A stretch of 64,000 nucleotides of DNA from NCBI GenBank assembly GCA_964016885.1, contig OZ024749.1, positions 48,980,001 through 49,044,000 on the forward strand, written 5' to 3'. Within the stretch, counting starts at the first letter, position 1. Every line of letters begins with the position of its first letter. The notes below the pieces were generated by a model, which was not told the origin of the DNA, did not search any database, and saw only the letters and a program-made list of their open reading frames with translations. Shown one piece after another: positions 29,063 through 42,850 of this stretch. Source of the stretch: Eledone cirrhosa. Taxonomy: Eukaryota. Position numbers and translations under genes: made by a program.

Positions 29063-30119
29063 TCGATTGGGGGTGTGGGGGGGTGTATGTGTGTGTGCGC
29101 GCGTGTGTGTGTGTATGTGTATGTGCGCATGTGTGTGTGTGTTTGGTTATTTTCACTTCAGTTCTTCACATACGAAATAAATAAAATATACTTTCATAAA
29201 TTATATAGTAGAATACTCCATGCCAGCGCAGATATGCTTATAATTTTTTAAATGGAAACACTTTATCACCAAATATGCGTGTAACATTTTATGTGTAAAC
29301 ACTTCGATAATATATTATTTAATTGATTAACTTCTGTTCACATCTTTCAGTTTCTAATGAAGAAAAATATAAGAAATGCTCTCAGAATACTTGAAATAAT
29401 AGAGCAGATATTTTGCCTGATAATATTTCCTATCTGGTTAAGAAAACAATCGAAGTGTATTCTCCTGCAGAAGAAACTCATAAATGTAAATGAATGTATT
29501 ATTCTAAACGTTAAATTTTTTATTCGGCTTTTGTAACATTTCTTTTTATGCACTCAATATTTATCTAGGTTTCAATTGCTTCTTTTCATTTATATATGTA
29601 TATTTATTTTCTTTGTGTATCTATATAAAAACAGTTTAACGTATCAAATATTTATGCGTTTATTATTACGGTTAAATATCTGGTCTACTATTGAATGTGT
29701 ACTAAATTAGATGGGTAAAAATTCGGACAATCATCTTATATGCCATAAAAATAGTCAGAATTGCAAAAGACATTTCTATATGTCAACATGAATGTACTGA
29801 AATACACGAACAATATTGATAATTCAAAACACATAAATAAGGTTACATACTTCTTAAATATATTTCGTCGTGTCTAATACAGAAAATGTTAAAAAAGTGA
29901 ACTCATCATTGAAACTTTGTTGTTCAGAATAATATCTAGATTAACAACAATTGTTGATTGTTTAAGCATTAAGAAATACATTATGTTATTTTGAGACAAA
30001 CAACTTGATAGCTGCATACATACTTTTATGTTCTCTAAGAACACTTTAAAAAATACTATTAATATATCCTTCTCTTAATTTTGTACTTTTCTCATCTAGA
30101 TTCCTATTTACTTTTCGTT

Positions 30120-31100
30120 TATTCCAATTAGGGTTTTCGATTATTCCTTAACAATTATCATTTCCGGCTATTATTTGAAGTAACTTTATACCCTCTATTT
30201 GACTTAAATAGGTTCGTTAATTGTTTTTCCTGTAGTTGTATAATTCTATAATTGTAGCTATGCAATTTTTGCTGTCTTTATTCAATACTTCCCAGGTAAT
30301 TTGAATGTTGATGTTATTTTTTATTTGATTAGCCAGAGATAAGTGTGCTTCATAATCCACTTGACCTATCATTGACGGCACTACTGCAACTATCACTATC
30401 ATTTCTTTTCATGTATTGGAACAATATAGGATATATTTAGATATAACCACTCCACATTGGTTATATTTAAATATATTCTACCTCACATACTATTAACCAC
30501 TTAGATAGAAATCTATGCAGCAGACAGAATATTAAAGATTTCTGATACGCTATAGTGTGATAGGTAATGGGAACAGATAAAATCAGTTGATATTTTTATT
30601 GGATATTTTGAACAACAACATGAGATAACTTTGTAGATTAAAATTCAGATTATCGATAATTTTATCCTATCTCCATTATGGAATTGTTACACTATCTGAG
30701 TAAATAACATCATTATTTGTGATGTTTTCGGTACGTCATGATAATGTAGAATTGAATAACAAACACTTGATAATAACAGAATTGTTAAAAGAAGTAGTGG
30801 TGAACATCGTATTTATCAAGAGATTCCAGTACAAGGAAACTACACTATTAAACGGTAAGTATGTGAGATAGTCAGAAACATTCAGACATGGAGAAACACA
30901 TGCAATTATATATACATATATTGTGGTTTGGATATATATGTATATATATATGAAAATTTATTACGATTTTTTTTTATAATATAAGGTTTAGTTAATATAG
31001 GTAAACAGTATTTAAATAAATATGGTCTGACTTTATTATTCCATCCAAAATATATGTTAAACAGAATAATCCTCATTTCCAGATGTAAAATAAAATGCAT
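30120..31100 (-). pseudogene. Decayed Penelope-like retroelement (RT thumb, linker, GIY-YIG)
   Basis: Ordered motifs on the minus strand: TKPYIIKKNRNKFSYIYTYISKP (cf. YKPYRKPN...YI...SNHP), KYILY (GIY-like), QIKNNINIQITWEVLNK and LQEKQL (cf. LK.NNI...I.W.IL.K...C.LC..EK). Confidence 0.55.
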
Positions 31101-33612
31101 TTCAAACTAGCATATCACAGTAATTTGGCTCAGATCTGCTTAAGTATTACGAAAACAAACGTTTCTTCAAGAAAGGTTATATCTGAATATGTATGTACGT
31201 AAGCATGCGTGTAGGTATGCATGCAAATATGCATATATTTAGAGAAATATGATTAGGAATGGTAGCCAAAATATTTCTCATATTCATTTATTTAATAATA
31301 TGTACTTGCAAATTATTGAAGCCGTGTTTAAATATGTATTACATAGCTGTACTAATATATTTGTAATTTACAAAGACCTGTTGTATTTGGCAGCATTCGC
31401 TAAAATTTGGCAAGAAGCCAATTATTTTCTAAACTAACAGTACGTTTATACAGTTTAACAGTCTACACAAGAACAAATGAATGAATTTAACTTAGTATTT
31501 TCTTTCTATTCATAATTGTATGAACAGGAAGCGCCGCCAACAATTTTACGAAGAATGATTTTTCATGGAAAATTTACTGTATTCATTCAGAATTGTAACA
31601 ATCCAGAGAAAATTGCAACCCGCTACGTACTAAATGTCTACCTCTACTAGCAAAGCTGCTGGCATTCCGTGTGGTCTCACAAGAAAGACAGTATATCCAT
31701 GACAATTTTACTGAATAGCTAGCCATCTATTTCTGTATGGTAAAAATGGTTGATAGTTTAAACAATGCGATTAAAAGGAAAATATAAGTGTGAAAATCAA
31801 ATATAAGACTATATAGTTGGTATGTGTGTTGAAGTGTATAAATCTAATTTGGCTTGGACCTAATAGAAGTGGATTTGTGTAAATATAACCGAGAACTAGA
31901 GAAATATAAATGTTAAATAATAGTGTGGGATACAAAACCGCACGATTTAAGCTAAAATGAAGGGACATGTTTCGGTTGAGAGAGAATATACTGTCCAGAT
32001 TTTATTATAAAACAGCTAACAAAAAATCTCAATGAAAAATAAAAACACTTTAGCTAGTGCAGTTGTTCTGTATTTTTTATTTTACTGAAAACTATATATA
32101 GGGAAATTAATATATAACTATTTGATGATAGTAAAATATTCATAGGAACCTATTCTTAGGTTATGAATAACTATCCCCACTCGCTTGTTAATTTTTCAAA
32201 TCTTTCCAAACTCACCACCGTGCAAGAAAGCAATGTGGTTTTTTTCCACTACAACCAAAGGCAACAGTGTGTAGGTATTCCGAAGAGGAATAGAGAAATC
32301 AATAGCAAATATGTTGGATAATAAACCTGGAAAAAATCATAATGGATGGCTAGATAAGAAACAAACTGAACTGATCTGATCAGTGGTAAAATCACAATAC
32401 AATCTTAAATAGGCTTGGTAGGTAATATATATACATATATAATATCTACCAAGCATATTGCTTATAGACAAACACACACACAGATATATATTCATTTGTG
32501 TGTCTCTGTCTGTATTTGTGTCTATGTGAGTGTCTATGTGTGTGTATGTGTGTGTGTGTCTGGGTTTGTGTGTCTTTGTGTGTACATGTAATTTCATGAG
32601 TGCGTGCATGGGTGTGTGTTAAAATCAACTTCAATTGCTCAACTTTATCGCATATTTTTTCTCCTAAATGTTTACTACAATTTTGAAGCTGTAGCAAAAT
32701 TCTTATATAACAGTAAATGACCTTTCCATATTTATCAATTCGCTGTTAGCAACGTCATTCTAATAGCTATTTAGAAACATGCACATTAAATAGAAAATAC
32801 AGGCGTTTCTTTTTTAAATTTTCCCTGAACATTTATTGGTTTCTGAATCAAATATGTAAGCTTCTGAATATAAGCATATCGACTCGAGGATAATGTATAG
32901 AAAATTAATTTAGGAAATATATTACAACATTTTAAAATAGCGTTACAAGGAAACAAGTACAGGTATAGGACTCATATTGCAACGCTCATTTTTCTAGGAC
33001 TTAGCCTGGTTTATATTATGAATGATAATACGATAAATCAATAGAAACATTAGAAGTGGGAAAGTGTCTTTCCTCCTCTCGTCTCAAATATAATAATATA
33101 CAGGGGTGACTTTATACAATTAATTTCGTAGATCTAGGCTAATATCTCAATGCGAATTATGTATTCTGCTGCTTTGAAGGTAATTCCAGTGTTGGTTCAT
33201 ACATATTTTCGGATAATACAAGTTGTTCGTGTAACTGTCTTTTAAACAGCTATTGAAATCTATATCCATTTTCAGATATGGGGACATTTCACAGAACGTG
33301 TATGGGTAGGGTCCCAGGCGGGTGCATCTTCGTGGTTTGTAGGTCATATAGAAATAACAGTATCATCTCTCCAAAATAACATTTAATATTCGAGGAAAGT
33401 GAATACATTTCTTAACATAGATTTGTGTATAATATGAGAGAAAGGGTTTATCAAATATCAGGGTGATTAAGGCCCATTTAATTAAAATAATAACATCCGC
33501 AACAATTCCAATTGTCTTTAACCAGTTTGTGCGTCTCCGTCAGTGATTATGATGTGATATGCTTATAGACAAATCGATATTTTACTAGGATAAATACAAG
33601 AAAAGAAAATGA

Positions 33613-33676
<64 letters not shown>

Positions 33677-34505
33677 ATGAGTGTGTTTGTGTGTGTGTAT
33701 TTATGTGTATGTGAATGTGTGTGTGTGTGTGTGTATGTGTGTGTGTGGGTGTGTGTGTGTGTGTTTTCATTACACAGGAGTTTTCAGAAATATGTAGAAA
33801 TCGATATAAGCTATTTATTCTGACCTCATTTAACAATTACCACAATAGAATGGTATTTTACGAAAATATATGTCATTTGAGAGGGTTTGTGATATGTTCA
33901 ATTTGCACAGGGAAAACAAGAAAAATTATGAATAATTATGCAAAATCAATTGTAAACAAAACCTCCAAATTTAGGTCAACAGAAAGAGAAACAAGTATTT
34001 GCAGTGCGTTAGATTTTGGAAAATGAGATATATAATATATCTCTTGAAGCTTAAATCGAACAGAACATCGTAAGGCGAACTAATTCTTAGTGAATAATTG
34101 CTCTTTGGCCAAGACTATTCTGGCGTGCGAAACAATTTTCAACAATTTTCGATCATTCTCTTTTCTTTTCTCTGCCAAATCACACAATAAAGAGGAACAA
34201 ACCCTCCAGATATTCGAAATAATATATTCCAAGAATATTGCAATGCTCAAGGAATGACAACTATTACGAAGTAAATTCAATAATATATATTAATGTCCTT
34301 AAATTTAGATCTAATGTACAACGATGAAAATTAATGGCTGCATCTTATGATTTATATGTTTCCAACCAGCTGATATAAAGTTCGATTACAGAGCTTATTT
34401 TATGAAGATGACTGAAAAATCATTGTTGGAATGGAAAATAGTAGTTAAACAAACACATATACCCATATACATACATACTTATATATATATATATATATAT
34501 AAAGA

Positions 34506-34564
34506 AAGAGAGCGAGAGAGAGGGCGAGAGAGAGGGGGATAGAGAGGGAGAGAGATATATATAT

Positions 34565-34652
<88 letters not shown>
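34506..34652. repeat. (GA)n microsatellite
   Basis: Seen directly. Confidence 0.97.
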
Positions 34653-34655
<3 letters not shown>

Positions 34656-35663
34656 CAAGTATATTTCTCACACATTACATACATAACTTACGAAATAAAG
34701 CCCCAAATAACCTAATATTATCTCTTAACTTAGTTACTCTATTTTAGCAAATAATAAAATAATTCAAGGCAAAGTGAAGGATAAATAGGAAGGCCAAAAC
34801 CTCGAAAAGAGGACTGGGATAATTGATGGCCTTCTGTCAAAAGGAGAAACAGCTATATTTATATAAACATGATCAATATCAATTTACATGAAATTCATTG
34901 AACTTAAATGGGTAGAAATTCATTTTTTTCCACACACTAAATACTATTAAGAATGATGAACTAAAGTAAGTTTTAATTCTGTGACCGTTAAATTGAATAT
35001 GAAAATAATGCATAAATTAACAGATTAATAGAGATAACTTTAAATGTTTGTCATATAAGTTATACATTTCGTCTTGCTAATAATTTGGTTAGTTCGGGAT
35101 ATGGTCTAACATTTTGATTTCTGTAGCGGAAATAATGTGTAAGAAATCACAGCCTTATACATTTTGGACCATTCGTAAAGAAGAATTGAATTCAAACAAC
35201 ATCTGATCTCATATGTTGCTATTGATTTTTACCTCCAGGGAAACTGTGCTGCAAACGACGTATCATGAAAGTATTTACAGGCATGGACATTTTGTTTTTT
35301 CAATCTTTTAACACTAGCCTGAATAACAAGAATGGAACACCAAAGTACGTATTTTACTACTATCTGAACATCACATTCTCATCGGGATAAGGGTAACTCT
35401 CAAGGATATTTATGAAGTGTCAATTCACATATTCACAAATGTCCAGTATATAATCGAAGGCAGCTGTTTGGTTTTAAACTCTAAGTGAACATATTTTCGT
35501 CTGCTATATATCGATACCCAATACCTACCAAGTGGACTTTGGTAGACGGAAACTTTGCCCATACCTGGCGTATTACTGTATATATACATAATATACGTTG
35601 TCTAATGTGACGTTCGGCAAAGAGAAAAAGTGAAATATGTGCATGTATATATATATATATATA

Positions 35664-35849
35664 TAACAAATGAATTGTGGTAAGGAAACAGAAGGAACAT
35701 AAAGCACCAGAGAACTCAATAATTAAGGTAGTAGAGTGGGAAATATGAAAAGGTATGACCTCGACCGCAGAGCTCAAGCCGTTTCGACGGCTATTCCTGG
35801 ACTGAAATAGCCGTCGAAACGGCTTGAGCTCTGCCGTTGGGTCATAGTT

Positions 35850-35854
<5 letters not shown>
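35664..35854 (-). mobile_element. Fold-back element family A, copy 5 (more diverged subfamily)
   Basis: Tail 35664-35742, palindrome about 35743-35854, (TA)n on both sides. Confidence 0.9.
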
Positions 35855-35891
<37 letters not shown>

Positions 35892-37581
35892 TTTATGTGA
35901 CCTTATGTTAGTGTAAGTGTGTGGATATGTGTGTGTTTGCTGCGTGTGTTTGAATGTTCTGCTTGTTATTGTGCTGGACCGTTGGACATTATCGTCATTA
36001 ACGTTTCATTTCACAGCAATTTACTGAGTAATATTACAAGAGATCTTTCATGTGGCAATCAGGCAAAGTAAGCGGAGATTAATCGTCTGATCAATGATTC
36101 CGAATGGCTTGTTTTTCGACTAATTTTTGTCTATTTTTATATTTGTCTATTTTTTGTATTTCATTTCCAGCCTTATATATTCACTTACATTAATTGAAGG
36201 AAGGAAACTAAGCTGGCGAGATGTAAATATGTTTTTTATTTAGATAGACTTTGCACGTAAGCCTAAACAAAGAAAGTCTCCTCTTCTCTCCCTGTGCATG
36301 AAACTAGGTGTGAAAATGAATGACCTTGTACGTAGCTGATCGGTGTACTAGACTTAGCAGTCAAATACTCCTCGAATTCCTCGTTGATTACATAGTTGTA
36401 ATCCCTCATTAAAACGTGGATAGTACCGAGTGAAAGACCTTCGATACACCAGTCTCATTGTGGCTGACGCATTAGCCAGAAATTCTGCTTCTATGTGTAG
36501 GTTTGACGTTATTAAATGTATCGTAATTTCCATTTAATCACACCCTATATTACGTTTGCCAAAACAGAAAATGAAATGTAATAGCTGTTGTAGTCGTCGA
36601 ACGTATTTAGACATAATTCTATTTAATTTGGAGTAATCCGAGAATAACCAACACACACATAACACCATTCAAACTTACCGTCTAACACATCAATATTCAA
36701 AATATATACAATTAACAAAATTGTTCATAAATTGGCACGAATTGTTTGTAGTGAGGAAGAAGTAATTCCTAACGTTTCGGGCAAAATGTAACTTTCAACC
36801 GATTGCGAAAAACAGACTGATTTACCTATCCAGGGAAAACTAATTTACTTTGTTGTTTTTTTCTATTTAATATTTGCTGGCGAAAATCATTGATTCATTA
36901 CCATGATTCTGATTTTAGTCGTATATATTTAACGTACACCAAATCTATTTTTATTTTATTTCCACCTGAACCTGGTGTATATTTAAGCATTGCCTGAAAA
37001 GAAGGATATAGTATCTTACAGGCATAATTAGTTATTGATGGGTACGGATCACAGTGATTTATGTAACACTTTGTCGTTCTAAGATTTGTTACTGAGAAAT
37101 TTATCATTAATTTCCAATTTGATAAAATACTGTTCAATAAATCACTTACTCACGAGTCGAGCTTCCTCGATCTAGCATTATCACTCCAAGTCACGTTACA
37201 TTTACTGCAGTGTCAGTATATCTTGACACATTGTTGCAGGACGACCTCTATGTCTATGACATACATTTATGACATCTAAGTGTGCACTTTCCTCTCGCAA
37301 TAGCAATTTCTAAATACCTTATATTTATTTAACACCCTCCCTTATTCAGAATTTAAGCAGAGAAGGAATTAGAATTTTCTGGACTTTACAACAATAAATA
37401 TAAGAGGTGATTTTCCCCTATAGAAATCCTTTTCATACTGCAATGCATGTGTCTTTGTCTGTGGGATTGTGAGTTTGTTTGAGTGTGACATGTAATGTGT
37501 TTGAGTGTGACATGATATTCATGTCAACAAACTTTCCTGTTAAATAACATCAACGACTGAGATTCAAAGAAAAATAATAAC

Positions 37582-37611
<30 letters not shown>

Positions 37612-37613
<2 letters not shown>

Positions 37614-37856
37614 TTACTTGTTGCAAATCCTAGGAAACCCGCGTATAGGAGAAATACAAAAGATAGTACTAATGGGAACTGCCCATATACTAAGGAAGAT
37701 TCTGTCAATATAAGTACATCACAAGTCTAAACACTAAAGATGCATGTGTGAGTATGTATGTTCTTTCTTGAACATGGCGGACCTTGTTGTCTCTTGAGGT
37801 CACTGGTTGTGACTTGGTGATAACTCGTATGAACATAAAGCAAGATAAATGCAACT

Positions 37857-37857
<1 letters not shown>
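37612..37857 (+). mobile_element. R4/Dong-type LINE 3' end in (TAA)n
   Basis: QILGNPRIGEIQKIVLMGTAHILRKILSI* (stop 37711-37713) is the RLE C-terminal motif; (TAA)n on both sides. Confidence 0.85.
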
Positions 37858-37894
<37 letters not shown>

Positions 37895-37910
37895 TATTAT
37901 TATTATTATT

Positions 37911-38499
37911 AGTGCAGATGGTCTCGCTGTCTTCCTTCGGGGAGAAAGGGCAGGCGGTTTTCATCTGCCTGGTGGTCATGGCGAAAGAGATTGTGTGGTG
38001 GACAAGGTTGAAAGAGCTAAAGAGAGACAATTTCCTCTTCGGCGAATCCCTAATTAACCTTTTCAAGTTTCACTTGAAGAGGAAAACCAGGGTAGAGAGA
38101 CAAGTGCTGCCTTCTAGCAAGTTTGTTGAAAGGTGGGTGAATGTAGCGAGAATGATAAGAGTGAACGGGACCGCTCTGAATATAGGCCTGCCATTTGAGA
38201 GATGGGAACATTGGGAGAGGGTGCTTGCCCTGGTGGTCAGGGTGACCGTGGTCATTTGTGTGGTTTTCGCTACGAGTGTCCCTCGGAGGTTTCTCCCTAT
38301 TGGGGAATTTTTCATTGTTTCAATTTTCATTTTTATTTTTTATATATATATATGTTTATATATCTTATTTTTCTTCTTTTCTTATATAAATAATAACAAT
38401 TTTATACGCACAAAACCCACATCGTACCGTACTGTACCGTCCTGTGTCGTTGGTAATGTTTTTTCCTGATGTCAGCCCTAGTGGCCAATAAAGAAATCA
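37911..38499 (+). mobile_element. 5'-truncated Tx1/L1-clade LINE 3' end
   Basis: LVVMAKEIVWWTR...F...KFVERW matches the L1/Tx1 ORF2 C-terminus. The 3'UTR ends AATAAA-gaaatc-(ATT)n. Confidence 0.7.
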
Positions 38500-38525
38500 T
38501 TATTATTATTATTATTATTATTATT

Positions 38526-40648
38526 GTTCTTTGAGTCTCAGTCATTTATGTTATTTAACTGGAAAGTTTGTTGAAATGAATATCAAGCCACTACCTGCAG
38601 CCTCAGATATTCAGGACGTATCGGAGGGTTATTGCTGTTCCCAGCAAGCATGCCTTTTGAAGTGTTCCACAAAAACGGGGCGGGACCGATTTTCTTTAAC
38701 CATCCTTGGACACTCTTTGAGATAGTACCTAGTGCGCCTATGACAATCGGGACCACTTTGACTTCATGGCAGTTCCAAATCCATTTTACCTCCCACTTTA
38801 AGTCCTGGTATTGGTTAATTTTCTCCCTCTCCTTCTCTTGCACTCTTGTGTCGAATGGGCAGGCTACATCCACAATCAGGCACGTTCTGTTTCCCTTGTC
38901 CAAAACCACCAGGTCAGGTCTATTGTTTTCCAGTTTCTTGTCCGCCTGTATCCTAAAATCCCACAGCACCTTCACCTGATCGTTTTCCATCACCGACTCT
39001 GGCTCATGCTCCTACCACTTCTCAGAATGTGGTAAATTGTTTACTTTGCATAGGTTCCAGTGGATCACCCTGCCCATCATATCATATCCCAGCCTGTAGA
39101 GTCAATCTGGGCTAGGTGTTTACACTCGGATACAATGTGAGCCACAGTCTCCTCTCTCTCTCCACAGATCCTACACAGTGGGTTAGTCTCCTTCTTGTAA
39201 ATATGGTGTTTCAGCCACTTCGTTTTGAGGACCTGCTCTTGCGCAGCCATTAGCATTCCTTCTGTAGCCTTTTTAAGGTCTCCTCTTTTCAACCAGTTCC
39301 ATGTCTGCGGGTCTCTGAATTAAGTGTTCTCAAAGAAGGTACTATGAAGGGATTTTCATGAAGGTTGCTCTTTCTCCTTGTTGTTATTTCCTCCTTGGAC
39401 ATCCCCTGGTCTATTGTCCTCTCCTTCAGTACAATTCTGAGCATTGGCTCCCTACTATCAGTCACATATTTGTGTAGGGTGTTTGTCTCCATCTGAACAC
39501 AGTCCTCTATAGTGATAAGACCTTTTCCACCTTCAGATCTCCTTAAGTAGAGTCTATCGACATCTCTCCTCTTGTGGAACATGTTGTAGATAGTCAATAG
39601 CTTCCTAGTCTTCCTATCCATTTATCTTTGTTCAGCAACATGCTATCTTAGAATTCCCGTACTGTACCTAATAATAGACACAGCTCGGGAATTTACTGCA
39701 CTTATGGCATTCCTACTGTTCAGCTGTGATTTTAATACGCTCCTTACTCTCCGAATATATTCAGACCTTATCAATTCCTTCATCCTTTTTGTTCTTGATG
39801 TCATCAGTCTCTAGAACACCTAAATATTTGTATTCTTCTTCAGTGTCAATTTCCTTTATCATCTCACATGCTGGTACTTGGATTCCGTTGCTTCTACTCA
39901 ATTTACCCATCTTCATCACAAGGACTCCACACATACTAATACCAAATTGCATACATATATCATTGCTGAAAATACGCACAGTGTCAACAAGCACATCCAA
40001 CTCCTTCTCACTCTTCCCGAAGAGCTTAAGATCGTCCATGAAGAGTAGGTGATTGATGGTAAGCTCCCCCTTTCCCAACTTGTATCCTGTTCTGACTTTT
40101 CGCAGTATAATGGTCAGGACCATCAGGGCAAGGACAAACAACAGAGGGGACAGACTATCTCCCTAGAAGATACCTCCCAAGGATTCTACCAGGACTTCAG
40201 ACTTTTGCTCAACAACTGTCTGATGTTATCTGCCACCTTGAAGATGTCTAGGCGTTTGGTTATCCAAGAATGAGACACCATGTCAAATGCCTTTTTGTAG
40301 TCTATCCATCCCATGGCAAGACCAGTGTGTCTCCTCTTGCAATTCCTCATTACCATCTTATCAATAAGTAACTGGTCCTTTGTACCACGGACTTCTTTCG
40401 GCATCCTTTCTGTTCGTCCGGTAACAAGTTGTTTATGTGGAGGTGATGGTAGATTTCCTTAGACACAATGCTTGTTAACAGTGTACACATTATGGACAGA
40501 CGTGATAGGTCTATAGTTGGTAACATCATTACCCTTGATTCGGTCTTTGATTACCAGAACTGTGGTACCTTTTGTCAACCACTCTGGTACCTCACATGAC
40601 ATCAAGCAGTCATTGAACATGGTTGTCAATTTCAGGTGGAGGGTGTTA
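38526..40648 (-). mobile_element. 5'-truncated R4/Dong-clade LINE (RT, CCHC knuckle, restriction-like endonuclease), pseudogenised
   Basis: [72 protein letters not shown]...DVACPFD...EREK and LQKACLLGTAITLRYVL. Stops and frameshifts are present; (TTA)n on both sides. Confidence 0.93.
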
Positions 40649-40654
40649 TATTTA

Positions 40655-40712
<58 letters not shown>

Positions 40713-42543
40713 GTTATTATTATTATCGTCGACGTTGTCTAAATAGCGATCATGAACATTAGCACATCGTAAATGTATTTTTCTCATTGTCAGCATTAAT
40801 GGAGTTTTCTTTTTTGTTTACTATTTTAATGGTTACCTTTTTGTTGTTTTTAATATTACTAGTGTATCCTTGTGAATAGTCGTATTTGTATGTGTAATAA
40901 TAATAATAATGAAGACACTAATAACATTGAAACAAAGAAGAGCAGTAGTGTTATCATTGCTGTTGCCATTGACAAAGCTATTTAATTTCTATTTTGTTCC
41001 TAACCAATCTGTTTCGCAGGAAAGTTATATTCGCTTTAATTATATCTTCAAGGGAAAATCAATATCCCGCGTTGTATGTGTCAATGCTATGTGCAAGCTT
41101 AGCTTACATACAATCTTGTAAACATTCATATATATATCAAGATGTGTGTATGTGTTTGTATAACCCAAACTAATTTCAATTTGCGTCAAAGATTGGAAAT
41201 AATTTCGTTTGTTTTATTTTATTTTATAATAGACCGCAAAATAAGATTAGTGACAATTCTTACTTCTGAGAAATAGAAGTAAAATAATTACGAAAATTGA
41301 TTTATCTATTTTATCGATTTAAACATTGCTACACTACCAGATGATTTGTAGACAAATTGCATACATACCTGTGTATATATATTCAGTAATGTAGTGGTGT
41401 TTTGTTGTGAGAATTTGTATAAATAGGTGATTAAGTTTCCACGAAATAGTTTACAGTAAATTCTGTGAATTTGCAATTTTAACCTCCTATCTATTTTTGT
41501 ATTAACATCATAGTTATAAACGTTTTCGGGTAATTCTATTCTGATTTTAATGTTTTATTAGTTCTCCTATTTTTATATTAGAATGGAAAAAGTGGAATCA
41601 TGTGTTAAATCTATTTTAGATAATCTAATTCAATGGTTCAATACAAACACTCTCACGTTGGAAATGTATAGGAATAAAGTAGAGCATACATGTACAGCTA
41701 TTGTTTTGCAAATAAAACTACCTGATCGAACAACTATATAAAAACGTCTTCAGAACTTTCTTAATAGTTTGGTCTTTGGAAATGATTTAGTCCATGGACA
41801 ATGTGATTCATCGGAAACATTTAAGGCCGATCAAGTTCATATTGAAATTAAATATATATGCAATAATTAAACTTCACTGTATAGAAACATGTTGAGTGAA
41901 TTGAAATAGAGAATTACATAAAAAGTCAATAGTATATAAAGAAATGAATATTTTAGTGTATTTTTCCGAGATGATAAATATCGGGGCACAATGCTTTATG
42001 ATATTTAGTTACTGAATAGAATATAATTATTTTATATAGTCCCATGTTGCCGAATGATAAAGACGTTCACTTCGCAATTACTTGGTACGCTTGACCGGTA
42101 TATTAAACCATCAAATCCACCCAAAATTATACATCGCAATCCTAGAAAATAAGGTCGACATTACTTAATATTGTTCAGAATAGGCAGAGCTATAATGCAT
42201 TAGATCATGTGTCTGCTTAATCAGAGATCATGGGCGACTAGATAACACTGCCGATTGATGTTTTGTTATTTCAAAATATATCTGTCTCTAAAAAACGTTC
42301 GATAATATATAATGAATTTTAACATGAGTTATAATTATGAAACTTAAGTAAGCATAATTAATTTGAGCAAACTATGAGGATATTTAGTTCATTGTCGGAT
42401 AGTGTAAGATATACAGTACTGGCTATTAGAACCATGCATTTAAAAACGTAATTATAGTTTGCTATATTAATCAACATGTTTTTTTCATTTTCCTTTAGAA
42501 GCTGACCAATAAGTCTTGATTTCATTCTACTGACATTAATAAT

Positions 42544-42673
42544 GGTTTCTTATATAGGCACAAGGTCAGCAATGTGTGGGGAGGGGACAGTCGATTAACT
42601 CGACCCAGTGCGTGACTGGTATTATATTTTCTCGACCCCGTAAGGATGAAAGGCAAAGTTAATCTCGGCGGGA
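42544..42673 (-). mobile_element. 5'-truncated SINE with 18-bp TSD
   Basis: tctactgacattaataat at 42526-42543 and 42674-42691. Confidence 0.88.
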
Positions 42674-42688
42674 TCTACTGACATTAAT

Positions 42689-42850
42689 AATTGTTTCTAC
42701 AAATACCCAGTCTATTACTGGTACTTTATTTTATTGACCCCGTAAGGATGAAAGGCAAAGTTAACCTCGGCGGGATTTGAACTCTCAATGGAAAGGGCCG
42801 TAACTCTATGCGTCAAAGCATGGCGTCCGACCCTCTACCGATACTGCCAA
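42689..42850 (-). mobile_element. SINE copy with internal deletion
   Basis: Matches the SINE consensus including A and B boxes. Confidence 0.9.

Noticed and set aside
30217-30402. MIVIVAVV... as a transmembrane or protocadherin exon
   Set aside because: No cadherin motifs nearby; the downstream peptide fits a decayed PLE GIY-YIG better.
30780-30860. Plus-strand donor CG|GTAAGT as the end of a coding exon
   Set aside because: No convincing acceptor or ORF, and it lies inside the minus-strand PLE remnant.
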